In this document: positions 29,898-39,961 of the stretch, piece after piece
How positions within the stretch are numbered: position 1 is the stretch's first letter
How the letters are laid out: the number at the start of each line of letters is the position of its first letter
DNA from: Limisphaerales bacterium
GTDB lineage: Bacteria; Verrucomicrobiota; Verrucomicrobiia; Limisphaerales; SIBE01
Assembly (NCBI GenBank): GCA_044225505.1
Contig: JBGAIN010000016.1
Coordinates: 1-64,000 of the forward strand
Length of the DNA stretch: 64,000 nt
Reading direction: 5' to 3'
Translations under genes and position numbers: made by a program
Notes under the pieces: model-generated
The model's database searches: none
Seen by the model: only the letters and a program-made list of their open reading frames with translations
What the model was told of the DNA's origin: nothing

Positions 29898-30031
29898 TTT
29901 CAAACGGTAATCCGATCGCAGCCTCGACAGCAAGAATTCCGTGCAGGCGCGCTTTCACGCCGACTGAGCGGTTCGTGTCGATCATTCAGCGGCGGATTGC
30001 CAAAAAGTTGCTGACCTGCTCAGTTTAGTGC

Positions 30032-30541
30032 ATGACACCGATTCCCAAACTGAGGGTAGGGTTCTGGCTGATCGGATTGGCGGTGGCGTTGTTTGGCTTC
30101 GGTTGCAGCACCGCGCCGAAACCGATCCGTTCTTCAGAGATTTATGATCCAAGCGCGGATGGGGAAGTTCAGATGAAAACCGCATTGGCGCGAGCCCGAA
30201 AGGAACAGAAGCTTCTGCTTTTGGATCTGGGAGCGAACTGGTGCAGCGACAGTCAAGCGATGTATCGACTCCTAACCTCAGACCCCGCTCTGAAGCGCGA
30301 GATTCGCGAGCATTATCTTCTTACGTTAATTGATGTTAACGATCGGGACGGGGCAAATAGGAACCAGACGCTCCTCCATCGATTGAATAGTCCGCTGACT
30401 CGCGGGATTCCTATGCTGTTGATTCTGAAGCCGGATGGGACCGTGCTCAATACCGATGCCACAGAACGTTTGAGCGATGATTCTCATATTGACCCCGCCA
30501 GAGTGTTGGCTTACTTGCAGAAGTGGGCGCGTCGTCCGTGA
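30032..30541 (+). CDS. Thioredoxin-fold lipoprotein (CxxS variant)
   Basis: Lipobox-like FGFGC; LLLDLGANWCSDS; GIPMLLIL. Confidence 0.8.
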   Translation: MTPIPKLRVGFWLIGLAVALFGFGCSTAPKPIRSSEIYDPSADGEVQMKTALARARKEQKLLLLDLGANWCSDSQAMYRLLTSDPALKREIREHYLLTLIDVNDRDGANRNQTLLHRLNSPLTRGIPMLLILKPDGTVLNTDATERLSDDSHIDPARVLAYLQKWARRP

Positions 30542-30623
30542 CGGTGTGGCGAGATGTTCCGAAGCCAAAGCAATGGACACGCCATCTCGGATTGCGAGAG
30601 ATGTTTCGCCGATTGTTAGTCGC

Positions 30624-32360
30624 CTAAAGTGTCAGGTCTTTGTCGGTAACGGCGCCCAAGGACGCTGACGTCACCAAGTGGGAGTACTTAGCTAGAACTC
30701 CCCGGGTATAGCGGGGTTTCGGCGGTGCCCAAGCCGAGCGGCGCTTGCGCAGTTCGCGCTCGGGAACCTCGAGATTCAACTCCCGTTTCTCGGCATCGAT
30801 TGTGATCGTATCCCCGTTTTTGACTAGCGCTAGCAAGCCGCCCACGTAGGCCTCCGGAGTGATATGTCCCACCACGAAGCCGTGGCTGCCGCCTGAAAAG
30901 CGACCGTCCGTGACTAAGGCCACATCTTTTCCCAAACCTCGACCCATAATGGCTGAAGTCGGCGAGAGCATCTCGCGCATTCCGGGCCCACCCTTGGGGC
31001 CCTCATAGCGGATCACCACGACGTCACCTCTGACGATTGTCCCATCCAAGATTGACCTGAGGGCTTGCTCCTCCGAATTGTAAACCCGGGCGACTCCTGT
31101 GAAGCGTAGTCCTTCTTTGCCCGTAATTTTCGCAACGGCGCCTTCGGCGGCGAGGTTCCCGTAAAGAATGACGAGATGGCTGTCCTTTTTAATCGGATCG
31201 GTCAAGGGACGGATGATGGTTTGTCCTTTCGAATAGGGGCGAACGTCCGTCAGGGTTTCAGCCATGGTCTGGCCGGTCACAGTCAGGCAATCCCCGTGCA
31301 ATAGACCTGCCTCGAGCAAGGTCTTCATCAGGGGACGAATTCCACCGATACGGACGAGTTCGGACATCAAATGCTTGCCACTTGGTTTCAGGTCTGCCAG
31401 GACCGGTACGCGTTTGCCGATTCGGGTGAAGTCGTCGAGGGCCAGTTTAACGTTGGCCGCATGGGCTATCGCCAGCAGATGAAGCACGGCATTGGTCGAG
31501 CCCCCCAACGCGATAACCACCGCAATCGCATTCTCAAAGGCCTTGCGGGTCATAATGTCGCGCGGACGCAAGTCGCGTTTGAGCATTTCAACCACGGCAG
31601 CGCCGGCGCGGCGGCAGTCTTCGACCTTGGCCTTGGAGATCGCGTTTTGAGCCGAACTGTTCGGCAGACTCATTCCCAGTGCTTCGATGGCTGAAGCCAT
31701 CGTGTTAGCAGTATACATTCCGCCGCAGGAGCCCGGCCCTGGGATCGCGCACGATTCAATCGCTTGAAACTCTTTAGCATCGATCTTTTTGTTCGCATGT
31801 GCCCCGACGGCCTCAAACACCGAGATGATGTCGAGCAGTCGGTTCGTTCCGGTGAGACAACCGGGCAGGATCGTTCCTCCGTAAACAAACACCGCCGGAC
31901 GATTCATATTGGCAATGGCAATCATGCAGCCTGGCATATTCTTGTCACAGCCTCCGATCGCCACGAATCCATCCATACCTTCGCATCCAACAACCGTTTC
32001 CACGGAATCAGCGATGACTTCGCGTGAAACCAGGGAATATTTCATCCCTTCGCTTCCCATCGAAATGCCGTCGGAGATCGTGATGGTGTTGAAGATAATC
32101 GCCTTGCCACCTGCGTCATTAGCGCCGGCCTCTGCTTCTTTGGCCAATTTGTCGATGTGCATGTTGCACGGAGTAACCATGCTCCACGTCGAAGCAATCC
32201 CAACGATTGGTTTCTGGAAATCTTCCGCCTTGAAGCCGACGGCATATAGCATCGCACGGCTCGGTGCTCTGTCCGGGCCGTCCAGAACCTTGCTCGAATG
32301 CAGACGAAGCGCGCTGGTTGTCTTTTGAGAGCGACGGGAACTAGACTTTACGGGTTTCAT
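30624..32360 (-). CDS. ilvD: Dihydroxy-acid dehydratase
   Basis: [75 protein letters not shown] at 32360. Confidence 0.97.
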   Translation of the reverse strand: MKPVKSSSRRSQKTTSALRLHSSKVLDGPDRAPSRAMLYAVGFKAEDFQKPIVGIASTWSMVTPCNMHIDKLAKEAEAGANDAGGKAIIFNTITISDGISMGSEGMKYSLVSREVIADSVETVVGCEGMDGFVAIGGCDKNMPGCMIAIANMNRPAVFVYGGTILPGCLTGTNRLLDIISVFEAVGAHANKKIDAKEFQAIESCAIPGPGSCGGMYTANTMASAIEALGMSLPNSSAQNAISKAKVEDCRRAGAAVVEMLKRDLRPRDIMTRKAFENAIAVVIALGGSTNAVLHLLAIAHAANVKLALDDFTRIGKRVPVLADLKPSGKHLMSELVRIGGIRPLMKTLLEAGLLHGDCLTVTGQTMAETLTDVRPYSKGQTIIRPLTDPIKKDSHLVILYGNLAAEGAVAKITGKEGLRFTGVARVYNSEEQALRSILDGTIVRGDVVVIRYEGPKGGPGMREMLSPTSAIMGRGLGKDVALVTDGRFSGGSHGFVVGHITPEAYVGGLLALVKNGDTITIDAEKRELNLEVPERELRKRRSAWAPPKPRYTRGVLAKYSHLVTSASLGAVTDKDLTL

Positions 32361-32500
32361 GAGACGGACAGTATCATCACGGAATGCGCGGATTGACAAG
32401 GAGTCGCCCCACTGCCGAGGGCGCCAGGTTGAAGAAATGACCTCACTGTTACACTCGCGCGTTGTAAGGTTGGAATGAGCCGTTGCGACTGATCGGGCAG

Positions 32501-33270
32501 ATGCAAAGGGTCTTTTGGTTTCTGTCCTCACCGACGCACCGGCGTGTGCTGTCTTTTCTCGGGCTCGCAGGGCTGATTTTTCTGAACGGCCTGTTAGCAG
32601 GCTGTGCGATCGTGCCAGTCCGCCGAGCCCAAGAGACGTCCTTGCACGCTAGGCCTGGCCGAGTCCTGGTCTTCGGGAAAGTAAATTATGTGATCGACGG
32701 TGAGGAGAAACTGCCCTATGGCCTATTTCGTCCGAGATGGCCAGCACCTATATTGAATGCGACGGAGGTGCATTCCGGTGCAGCTCTGCATAGTCCCGCG
32801 GTCGGGAGGGAGGACGGTAGTTTTCTTTGGGAGCTGCCACCTGGGCAGTATGTAATTTCGCGAATTGGGGTCGGCCAGTTCACGGACGAGACCTANNNNN
32901 NNNNNNNNNNNNNNNNNNGTTCACGGACGAGACCTACATCGCTTGGCCCAGGATCGCGTTTCAAGTTCCGTCGGACGTGAACTTGGTTTACCTCGGGCAT
33001 CTCCGATTAGTTGGGACAACAACCACCAACGAAATGACGCTCACGACAGGACGTGTCTCTCGCGTGGTTGCCGTCCGTTACACCTTCGACGTAAAGGATG
33101 AACTCGATCGTCATGTTCAACGATTCCCTGCGGCGTTGGTTCAGAGGACGCGTCCGGTGCGATCGCTAATGTTCCAGGATCCCAAGATGCCTATTGGAGA
33201 TCGATTCGTGGAGATGTGGCGGCTCTCGCCGACGCAGTTAGGGAGACGCATTTTTGGCCGAGCGCAGTGA
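32501..33270 (+). CDS. Putative lipoprotein, split by a false assembly gap
   Basis: Lipobox LLAGC; GTTCACGGACGAGACCTA lies on both sides of the N-run, and collapsing it gives continuous ..[18 protein letters not shown].. Confidence 0.7.
32896..32918. other. Scaffold gap (23 N) with 18-bp duplicated flanks
   Basis: Identical 18-mers at 32878-32895 and 32919-32936. Confidence 0.95.
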
Positions 33271-33546
33271 ATCCGTGCGACTCCAGAGGATTGAGTAGCG
33301 CCTTACTTAAAGTTGATCGATATAGGCTGGCTGATTGTCGCAGTGCCGACATTGAAACAGAAACGCTGTCGGACTCTCATCGCGACGTCTGTCACCGGTC
33401 GAATGCGCCAATAATTGTCCGTTTGGCAATCCAGCGATTCTTCGAGAGGCAACATGGCTTTTCCCGGACATCCGCTGTTGTCCAAGGGCCGAAAAAAGGT
33501 GGCAATTTATCCGGTTTGAGACAAGCTGTTGCCACTGCACCGAGCC

Positions 33547-34263
33547 ATGGTTAACTCACGAGTCTTACGCTGGTGGACACTCTGGACTATTCTTTTGCCC
33601 GTTCTCACAACGGCGGTGGAAATGGTTCAAGGGCCTGACGTGCAGATCCTCGAAGAGGACAAGGCCGTCGTGCAATGGACGACTGACGTGGCCACGCGAG
33701 GGATTGTTCGCTATGGCCTGGTGGTTTCAAATCTAAATCAATCGGCCCAGGGCGAAATTGCCTTGCGGCATGCCGTTCCTTTGACCGGGCTGCGCCCAGA
33801 CCGCACCTACTTCTTTAGCGTCGAAACGGCTCGGATTGCCCTAACGACAAACTCGTTCCGAACGACCGGCACGGCGTCGCTGAGAGAACGGCCTGTGTCC
33901 AAAGCCTCAAATAACGCCGATCGCAGCCAGGCGCCAAGACGAGAGGTTCCTTCGGCCCGTGAGACTTGGGGCAATCCAGGCAGCTTGCGTGATCATTTCG
34001 AGCGGCATGGAGCAGATTTCAAAGCCAAGGACGCCGAAGACTACGCTGGGAAGGCTTGGGAATTTTTGCGACGCGCCCGAAGTGAAGGGTTGCCCGCGAA
34101 GGTCGACGACGAGGGGACGATTCGCATTTACGATCCCAAGAGTGGCGCATTTGCGGCCTACAACCGGAATGGCACAACCAAGACCTTCTTTAAGCCGCGA
34201 AGCCAAGATTATTTCGAACGGCAACCGGGACGGAAGGTGAACGCTAAAACGCTGAAGTTTTGA
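33547..34263 (+). CDS. Secreted FN3/purple-acid-phosphatase-N-like domain fused to a putative RNase toxin domain
   Basis: Signal peptide; AVVQWTTD..VRYG..HAVPLTGLRPDRTYFFSV; C-terminal LRDHFERHGADF..DY...IYDPKSGAF..TKTFFKP. Confidence 0.65.
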   Translation: MVNSRVLRWWTLWTILLPVLTTAVEMVQGPDVQILEEDKAVVQWTTDVATRGIVRYGLVVSNLNQSAQGEIALRHAVPLTGLRPDRTYFFSVETARIALTTNSFRTTGTASLRERPVSKASNNADRSQAPRREVPSARETWGNPGSLRDHFERHGADFKAKDAEDYAGKAWEFLRRARSEGLPAKVDDEGTIRIYDPKSGAFAAYNRNGTTKTFFKPRSQDYFERQPGRKVNAKTLKF

Positions 34264-34267
34264 TCCT

Positions 34268-34528
34268 ATGGCGCATTCCTGCCCGGTTTGTGGTTATCCA
34301 AAGTTAAAGGAAGCTCCGCGGACAAAGTCCGGGGGGGGGTCTTTCGAAATCTGCCCGTCGTGCGGCTTTCAGTTTGGAGTGTCTGACGACGACGCCGGAT
34401 TTACCTATGAGTCGTGGCGACGAGCTTGGATAGATAAAGGCGCCCGCTGGGCCAGCACATCTCATTCGGTTCCGTCGCGGTGGAATCCGCACGCTCAGCT
34501 GGATCGATTGAATAAGCGACGGTCTTAA
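34268..34528 (+). CDS. Cys-rich (CPCC-like) putative immunity protein
   Basis: CPVCGY...FEICPSCGFQFGVSDD..WRRAW; starts 4 bp after the toxin-like gene. Confidence 0.65.
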   Translation: MAHSCPVCGYPKLKEAPRTKSGGGSFEICPSCGFQFGVSDDDAGFTYESWRRAWIDKGARWASTSHSVPSRWNPHAQLDRLNKRRS

Positions 34529-34549
34529 CTGCGAGTTGCGGACGAGTTC

Positions 34550-36466
34550 TTATTCTTTGCGAAACTCCCACGCTCCAATGTCCGGCCTTGGGGAGCGTCC
34601 TTGTCCGCGAATATCAAGCGGTACGGCCTCTAAGAATTCCCCTTGATCAATGGCTCGGACGGCGTTGGCCCTCAACGAAAGGTCACCCGCGGGCGGCTTT
34701 TCGAAGTAGTGGTCCCAGCGCCCGCTGAGATTATGTTCGAGGCGGGCCGTTCCGCCTTCGAAGCTGATTTCGCCGTGAACCAGGTTGTTTCGGATCTCTG
34801 CGTCAATCGTGCCGGCGCCCACCCGAATGCCTCGGGACCAGTTTTGTTCTGGGCGCCAAATAGAATTGTGGAGGACCCGTGTATGTTCGACGGACCAGAG
34901 CTCGATTCCGCAGTCGGAGCCCCCCGCAATCATATTATTGCAGATCACGCCTTGGTCGACATGTCGAACCCGCTCGTCGGGAGTGGCCGCGGTCGTCTTG
35001 CCTGGATTTCCAAACGCGATTCCGCGATCGCAGTCCACGAACATATTTCTTTCCACAATGATATCGCGTGACCGCACCCAGATAAACACCGCAGCTCGAG
35101 CCCCTCCGGTCTGACCGCGGATGTTGCGAAAGAAATTGTCACTGAAGGTCCAGCTTTGTAGAGCCATCATATCGATGGCCGAGATGTAGTCCCCCCCGAA
35201 GCTCCACTCGGGAGGGGGAATCCGGGTGTTTTCAAACCTACAGTAGCGCACGGAACCTCTCGTCGCCCGGTTATTCAGGTCTTGTCCTGCCGAGCCTTTG
35301 ATCGCCCGCACCCCAATGTCTCGAAACCGGCAATGATAAATGTGGATGTCCTGAGGCGAACTTTCCGATTCCACTTTGATTCCGTAGGAATGGCAATCAG
35401 CGAGCGTGAGGTCCGCAAGGGTGACGCCGGAGCAAGCGGTGATATGAACAATGTCGTCGTGCTCCATCCCGCTGTCCCAGCCTCGTCCCTTGAGAATCAC
35501 CTTGTCCGGATTCCCGCTGGCACCACGGATCGTGATCTGTTGCCGACCTCTTAGGACGAGTACGCGCGGCATAGAATATCGCCCTTCTTCAACGAGAATC
35601 GTCTCGCCCGAAGCGGCCGACTCTGCCGCATGAAGGAGCTCGTCGACTGTCGTTACACGCCGCACTTGTCCTGCCGGGGGTGGTAGAGGCGGGGCTGAGG
35701 GCCACCATTCTGGCATGTTCGCGCGGTCCTCGTCAGCTTGACGCTGAAGGAACCCAAGTTCCCTTTCAGCGGCAAACGTCATTGCGAAGGGTTCGCTCCC
35801 GCTACCTTCGTCCGTGCCCAGGCTCTGGGCGCGCCGCAGCGCGCGGTCAAACTCAAGTTCGGACAGTTCCTCCACGGCAACGCTGCCGGAAAAGCCGGGC
35901 AGGGGAATCTTCAGTGTCATGGAGCCGTTGAGCGACGGCGGAATCGCACCGGCGAACTCCAAGGCCGAACCTTGCGCGAGCTTGATACCGGACGAGGGAA
36001 CCTCCAGGACGCCGAGCCATCGTTCGGTATTTTCCATCCGGGACCATATCGATCCGTCCCGGAGTGACAGAGCTTGGGGGCGTTTACCAGATTCCAAAAC
36101 CAGCCGCGCCGACGCTTCGGCGTAGTCGCCCGAAATGTTCTCACCTTCGAGATTGATCAGAAGAATCGGCTGCGTTGGCGAATTCTGATCGGGACGAAGC
36201 TTTCCCTTGTGGAGCAGGATGGTTTGACGATACCGAATCCCATTCGTGACCCAGACGTTATGCAAGACTCGACCGCTGGTTCGCTCCTGCCGGGAAGGCG
36301 TCACGGGTAAGCCGAAGCGAAGTTGGATCGGTCCCGCCGTTTCCCCGATTGTCACCGCTGGAATCGTGATTGACCCGTCTCTGCCGACGACGATCGTTTC
36401 GGCGTGCAGGCGTAAAGCCCCTCCCAAATTCGCGAAAAGAGCCAATAAGAGAACCGATTGCGACAT
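34550..36466 (-). CDS. Secreted protein with right-handed parallel beta-helix domain
   Basis: GETILVEEGRY, ITIRGASG, IVERNMFVDCDRGIAFG, NNLV, AIDQG..DIRGQ.R..PDIGAWE; probable start MSQSVLL. Confidence 0.8.
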   Translation of the reverse strand: MSQSVLLLALFANLGGALRLHAETIVVGRDGSITIPAVTIGETAGPIQLRFGLPVTPSRQERTSGRVLHNVWVTNGIRYRQTILLHKGKLRPDQNSPTQPILLINLEGENISGDYAEASARLVLESGKRPQALSLRDGSIWSRMENTERWLGVLEVPSSGIKLAQGSALEFAGAIPPSLNGSMTLKIPLPGFSGSVAVEELSELEFDRALRRAQSLGTDEGSGSEPFAMTFAAERELGFLQRQADEDRANMPEWWPSAPPLPPPAGQVRRVTTVDELLHAAESAASGETILVEEGRYSMPRVLVLRGRQQITIRGASGNPDKVILKGRGWDSGMEHDDIVHITACSGVTLADLTLADCHSYGIKVESESSPQDIHIYHCRFRDIGVRAIKGSAGQDLNNRATRGSVRYCRFENTRIPPPEWSFGGDYISAIDMMALQSWTFSDNFFRNIRGQTGGARAAVFIWVRSRDIIVERNMFVDCDRGIAFGNPGKTTAATPDERVRHVDQGVICNNMIAGGSDCGIELWSVEHTRVLHNSIWRPEQNWSRGIRVGAGTIDAEIRNNLVHGEISFEGGTARLEHNLSGRWDHYFEKPPAGDLSLRANAVRAIDQGEFLEAVPLDIRGQGRSPRPDIGAWEFRKE

Positions 36467-36763
36467 AACGCCGACGCGAGATCCGCAGGATGCCGCCGTC
36501 GCGGGACGAACAAACCGGCATCCTCTCTGGCGTTCCGTTTTTTCAACACGGTCGACTGAAGGAATCCGATCCGCATTCGTTGCGATCCAGTGAAAATGCA
36601 CGCTTGACGGATATGTATCAGTTTACGGTGGCTCAGGGCTACTGGAATTCTGACCCAGACGAGCGATCATCGCCTTTCCTTCCGTAGGCCACGACCGGGG
36701 CTATTCCATACTGGCGCAAGACCCACCCGCGCAGAATCGGGCGCTGCTTGGGTCGCGGGGACT

Positions 36764-38356
36764 TCAGGTCGCGGTCTTGCGGGAATCCCTCGCGCCTTCC
36801 CCGCTTTTAAACAAGATCATCGCCAGGGCCGCACCGCTCCAGCTTAAGAGTGCGGTGAGTGCGCAGATCAATCGGAACGTGTCCACAAACGCGAGTTGAA
36901 TGGCATGTTGGACTTGCCTCAATGACTCGGGCGACAGACCGGAGGGAGGCTGAGTCTCAGCTAAACGTACGGATTCGCGCGTCAGGTGAAGACGATGATC
37001 AGGCGCTAGATTCAGAGGCGCGGTTCGCGCAGGCAATGCACGGTCGAACGCAATCACGGCCGCCGTTCCGAAGACTGCGACGGCCAAGACACCAGCCAGC
37101 CTTGATAATGTGCTATTAATGCCCGAAGCCAGTCCTAGCCGCTCGGATGGCATCGACCCCATCACCGCAGTGCTCAGGGGAGCGGCCGTAAGCCCCAGCC
37201 CGGCCCCAATCAAAAGTAAGCCGGGCAAATACGTCCAGGCGAATTCCTTCGGCCCGGCGGTTAGTCCAGGAACGCTTAACCAAGCAAAACCGGCCCCTGC
37301 GATCGCGGGGCCGAGCGTTAGGGGCAGCTTCGGGCCATAGCGATCGACCATGCTGCCGGCCACACGGGAAAGTGCGATGAGCAAGGCCATCAAAGGAAGC
37401 TGAGTCAGTCCCGCGATGGCAGGATCGTATCCTTGCACTTGAATCAAGTTCAACGGCAGAAAAAAGAGCATTCCGTGGAACGCCATATAGAACGCCAGAC
37501 TTACCAGGCTTGCGGTTTTCAGGGTGTGGGACCGAAATATGTCCAACGGCAACAAGGGCTGGGAAACCCGCTTCTGGACCCAGACGAAAGCGACGAGGCC
37601 CAGCATTCCTACGACGATCGCAGCAATGGCCTGATGTCGCACAGCGTCACCCTTGGCATATTGCAGCAAACCGTAGTTTAGAAATACCAGCCCGATGGTG
37701 ACGGCGAATGCCCCTGTCCAATCAACGGGCTTAGTCCGGTTGGATCGGGAATCGCTAGGGACGTTCCGCCAAAGCATCGTCAGCGCGGCGACGGCTAGCG
37801 GGATGTTGATGAAGAATACCCAGCGCCAAAGTCCCCCGCGTGCCAGGACACCGCCTAAGACCGGGCCGATCGCCGTGGCTAGGACACTGCAAGCCGACCA
37901 CGTCCCAATGGCACGGCCGCGCTCCGAAGGAGCAAAGTAAGTCGATACCATGGCGAGCGCGCCAGGAATCATGAGCGCGCCTCCTATCCCCTGGAGTCCT
38001 CGCCAAACCAGTAGAGCAGAGACACTGGAGGCAAGGCCGCACGCCAATGATGCCGAAGCGAATAGAGTAATGCCCAATGTGAATACCTGCTTGCGTCCAA
38101 AACTGTCCCCCAAGCTGCCACCCAGCAAAAGAAGTGACGCCAAGGGCAGGGAAAAGGCGTTCGTCACCCACAGTAGGTCTGTTCCGGTTGCTCGAAGTCC
38201 GTTTTGGAGCGACGGTAGCGCCACGCTCAAGGCCGTGCCATCGATAAAAACCATGGCCGAACCGAGAATAGACGTCGCTAGGACCCAGCGCGCTACAGCG
38301 ATACGCGACGCGGGCGGCATTGGTGATTGCATCGCGTTGGAGTCGAGGCGCCTCAT
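36764..38356 (-). CDS. MFS efflux transporter, DHA2 (EmrB/QacA) family
   Basis: 14 TM pattern; FIDGTALSVALP, GSLGDSFGRK, RGLQGIGGA, GPVLGG, WRWVFFINIP. Confidence 0.92.
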   Translation of the reverse strand: MRRLDSNAMQSPMPPASRIAVARWVLATSILGSAMVFIDGTALSVALPSLQNGLRATGTDLLWVTNAFSLPLASLLLLGGSLGDSFGRKQVFTLGITLFASASLACGLASSVSALLVWRGLQGIGGALMIPGALAMVSTYFAPSERGRAIGTWSACSVLATAIGPVLGGVLARGGLWRWVFFINIPLAVAALTMLWRNVPSDSRSNRTKPVDWTGAFAVTIGLVFLNYGLLQYAKGDAVRHQAIAAIVVGMLGLVAFVWVQKRVSQPLLPLDIFRSHTLKTASLVSLAFYMAFHGMLFFLPLNLIQVQGYDPAIAGLTQLPLMALLIALSRVAGSMVDRYGPKLPLTLGPAIAGAGFAWLSVPGLTAGPKEFAWTYLPGLLLIGAGLGLTAAPLSTAVMGSMPSERLGLASGINSTLSRLAGVLAVAVFGTAAVIAFDRALPARTAPLNLAPDHRLHLTRESVRLAETQPPSGLSPESLRQVQHAIQLAFVDTFRLICALTALLSWSGAALAMILFKSGEGARDSRKTAT

Positions 38357-38359
38357 CTC

Positions 38360-39961
38360 CTACGCCTCGGCTTGCGCCTGCACCAGTGCGGTGTAATCGA
38401 TTTTGCTCCGGTGCCGCTGGTCAACGGGTAGTTTCCTAACCCTCGTGATGCGATCGATGTGCCAGCGGTTGAGAACTCCCTCAAGAGCATGTAAACCTTC
38501 TGATCCGCGCCGTTCTACGAAAAGGACACGCTGTCCGGCTGCCGCGACAAGCGTCGCCCGACAGCCATGTGCTCGTTCGCGTATCATACCCTCAATAGCA
38601 AGCGGATAAACCGTGCCGTACGCATCATGCACTCGAGCGCAACACCGGCCGAGCAACCAAAGTCGGGACTCTGAATCCAGGTATCCTGCATCACCGGTAC
38701 GATGCCAGATTGTGTCGCCCACGCGAATCTTGGTCTCGGCGTCCTCGCTTGGGTTCAGGTAACCCCGAAGGACGTGATCGCCGCTAACGACAATTTCTCC
38801 CGGATTGCCTTCACGCAGACATCTCTTGTCAAATTCGGCTACAGACATAGGGCCAGCCTTGGCGCTGAAACAGTCTGGAAGGATTCGGAGCCGCGTTCCC
38901 GAATCGATTCGACCCGCCAAGAGGCCAGCGCCGTTAGCGGTGGCATCCAGGTCTCGGGCGCGAATATCTTGCCTTTGCAGAGTCGCAATCGGCTCGGCTT
39001 CAGTGCAACCGTAAAGGGCGGTAATTTTCGCTTGAGGCGCCGCAGCGTGCAATGCATCCAATAGGTGCGGAAAGACCGGGCCCCCGCCCGTATAAATCTT
39101 TCGAATCCGCGACCAGGCCGCGACATCCGAGGCACGATTCAACAGCAAGCCTTCCAGAACGGCTGGCGCGGCCCCAATCCTGTCAACGCGTTGGGCCTCG
39201 ATTTGACGAAGCACAGCATGCGGTTCACGCCAGCGCCCGGAACGCAGATTGCCGCCTGGAAGAACGCTGGTGACTCCGCTGGCCAGATTAGTGAGCGCGA
39301 AGGTGGGAATCGTGGTGAGGTCGATCTCGCCTGGGACAAGTTCGAGGGTTCGTTCGAGAAGTTGCTGCTGATGCCAGAGAAATCCATGAGTCCGCATGGC
39401 GGCTTTCGGCCGTCCCGTGCTCCCGCTGGTGAAGGTGACCAGCGCCGGGGTTTCGGGTGAGCATGGCCAAGGCTGGAATGCCGGCGAATTCCGCCAGCGC
39501 GCGAACGGTATTGTCCAAGGCAATCGCCCTCCTGTGGAGAACTGCATGGGAATGGCTCGCAGCGCTGGAGAAATGAGCCGGAGCAGGTGGGCTTTCGGGC
39601 ACGCGATAAGCCCGCGCGGTGCCCAGAGAGCGCAGCATCGTTCGATGTGTTCACGACCCGTGGTAGGATCGAGGAACATCGCGACCAATCCCAAGCGCAA
39701 CACCGCAGCCAGGGCGATGTAAAGCTCCGTCGACATGGGTTGAAAAACGAGGACCGCATCCCCAGGACGCAACCCTGTGGCATGCAACAGGCCGGCGGCT
39801 TGGGCTGAAGCACGTTCCAGTTCGGCGAACGTAATTGTTCGGTTTCGATGGACGCTCCGTCCCGCGGGGCCAAGCATACTTATTCTGGCCCCAAGATCGA
39901 TGATGGCTGGCTGGGCAGGCCGGACAGTCGCTTGGGTCGAGAGGAGATGCGCTAGATTCAC
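38360..39961 (-). CDS. AMP-dependent ligase (ANL superfamily, OleC-like)
   Basis: FTSGSTGRPK, YGCTEAEPI, GEIVVSG, WHRTGDAG, LWLLGR, LPVDQRHRSKIDY (OleC-like C-terminus). Confidence 0.88.
   Translation of the reverse strand: MNLAHLLSTQATVRPAQPAIIDLGARISMLGPAGRSVHRNRTITFAELERASAQAAGLLHATGLRPGDAVLVFQPMSTELYIALAAVLRLGLVAMFLDPTTGREHIERCCALWAPRGLIACPKAHLLRLISPALRAIPMQFSTGGRLPWTIPFARWRNSPAFQPWPCSPETPALVTFTSGSTGRPKAAMRTHGFLWHQQQLLERTLELVPGEIDLTTIPTFALTNLASGVTSVLPGGNLRSGRWREPHAVLRQIEAQRVDRIGAAPAVLEGLLLNRASDVAAWSRIRKIYTGGGPVFPHLLDALHAAAPQAKITALYGCTEAEPIATLQRQDIRARDLDATANGAGLLAGRIDSGTRLRILPDCFSAKAGPMSVAEFDKRCLREGNPGEIVVSGDHVLRGYLNPSEDAETKIRVGDTIWHRTGDAGYLDSESRLWLLGRCCARVHDAYGTVYPLAIEGMIRERAHGCRATLVAAAGQRVLFVERRGSEGLHALEGVLNRWHIDRITRVRKLPVDQRHRSKIDYTALVQAQAEA

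Noticed and set aside
38360..39961. oleABCD olefin operon
   Set aside because: No OleA thiolase, OleB hydrolase or OleD reductase nearby.
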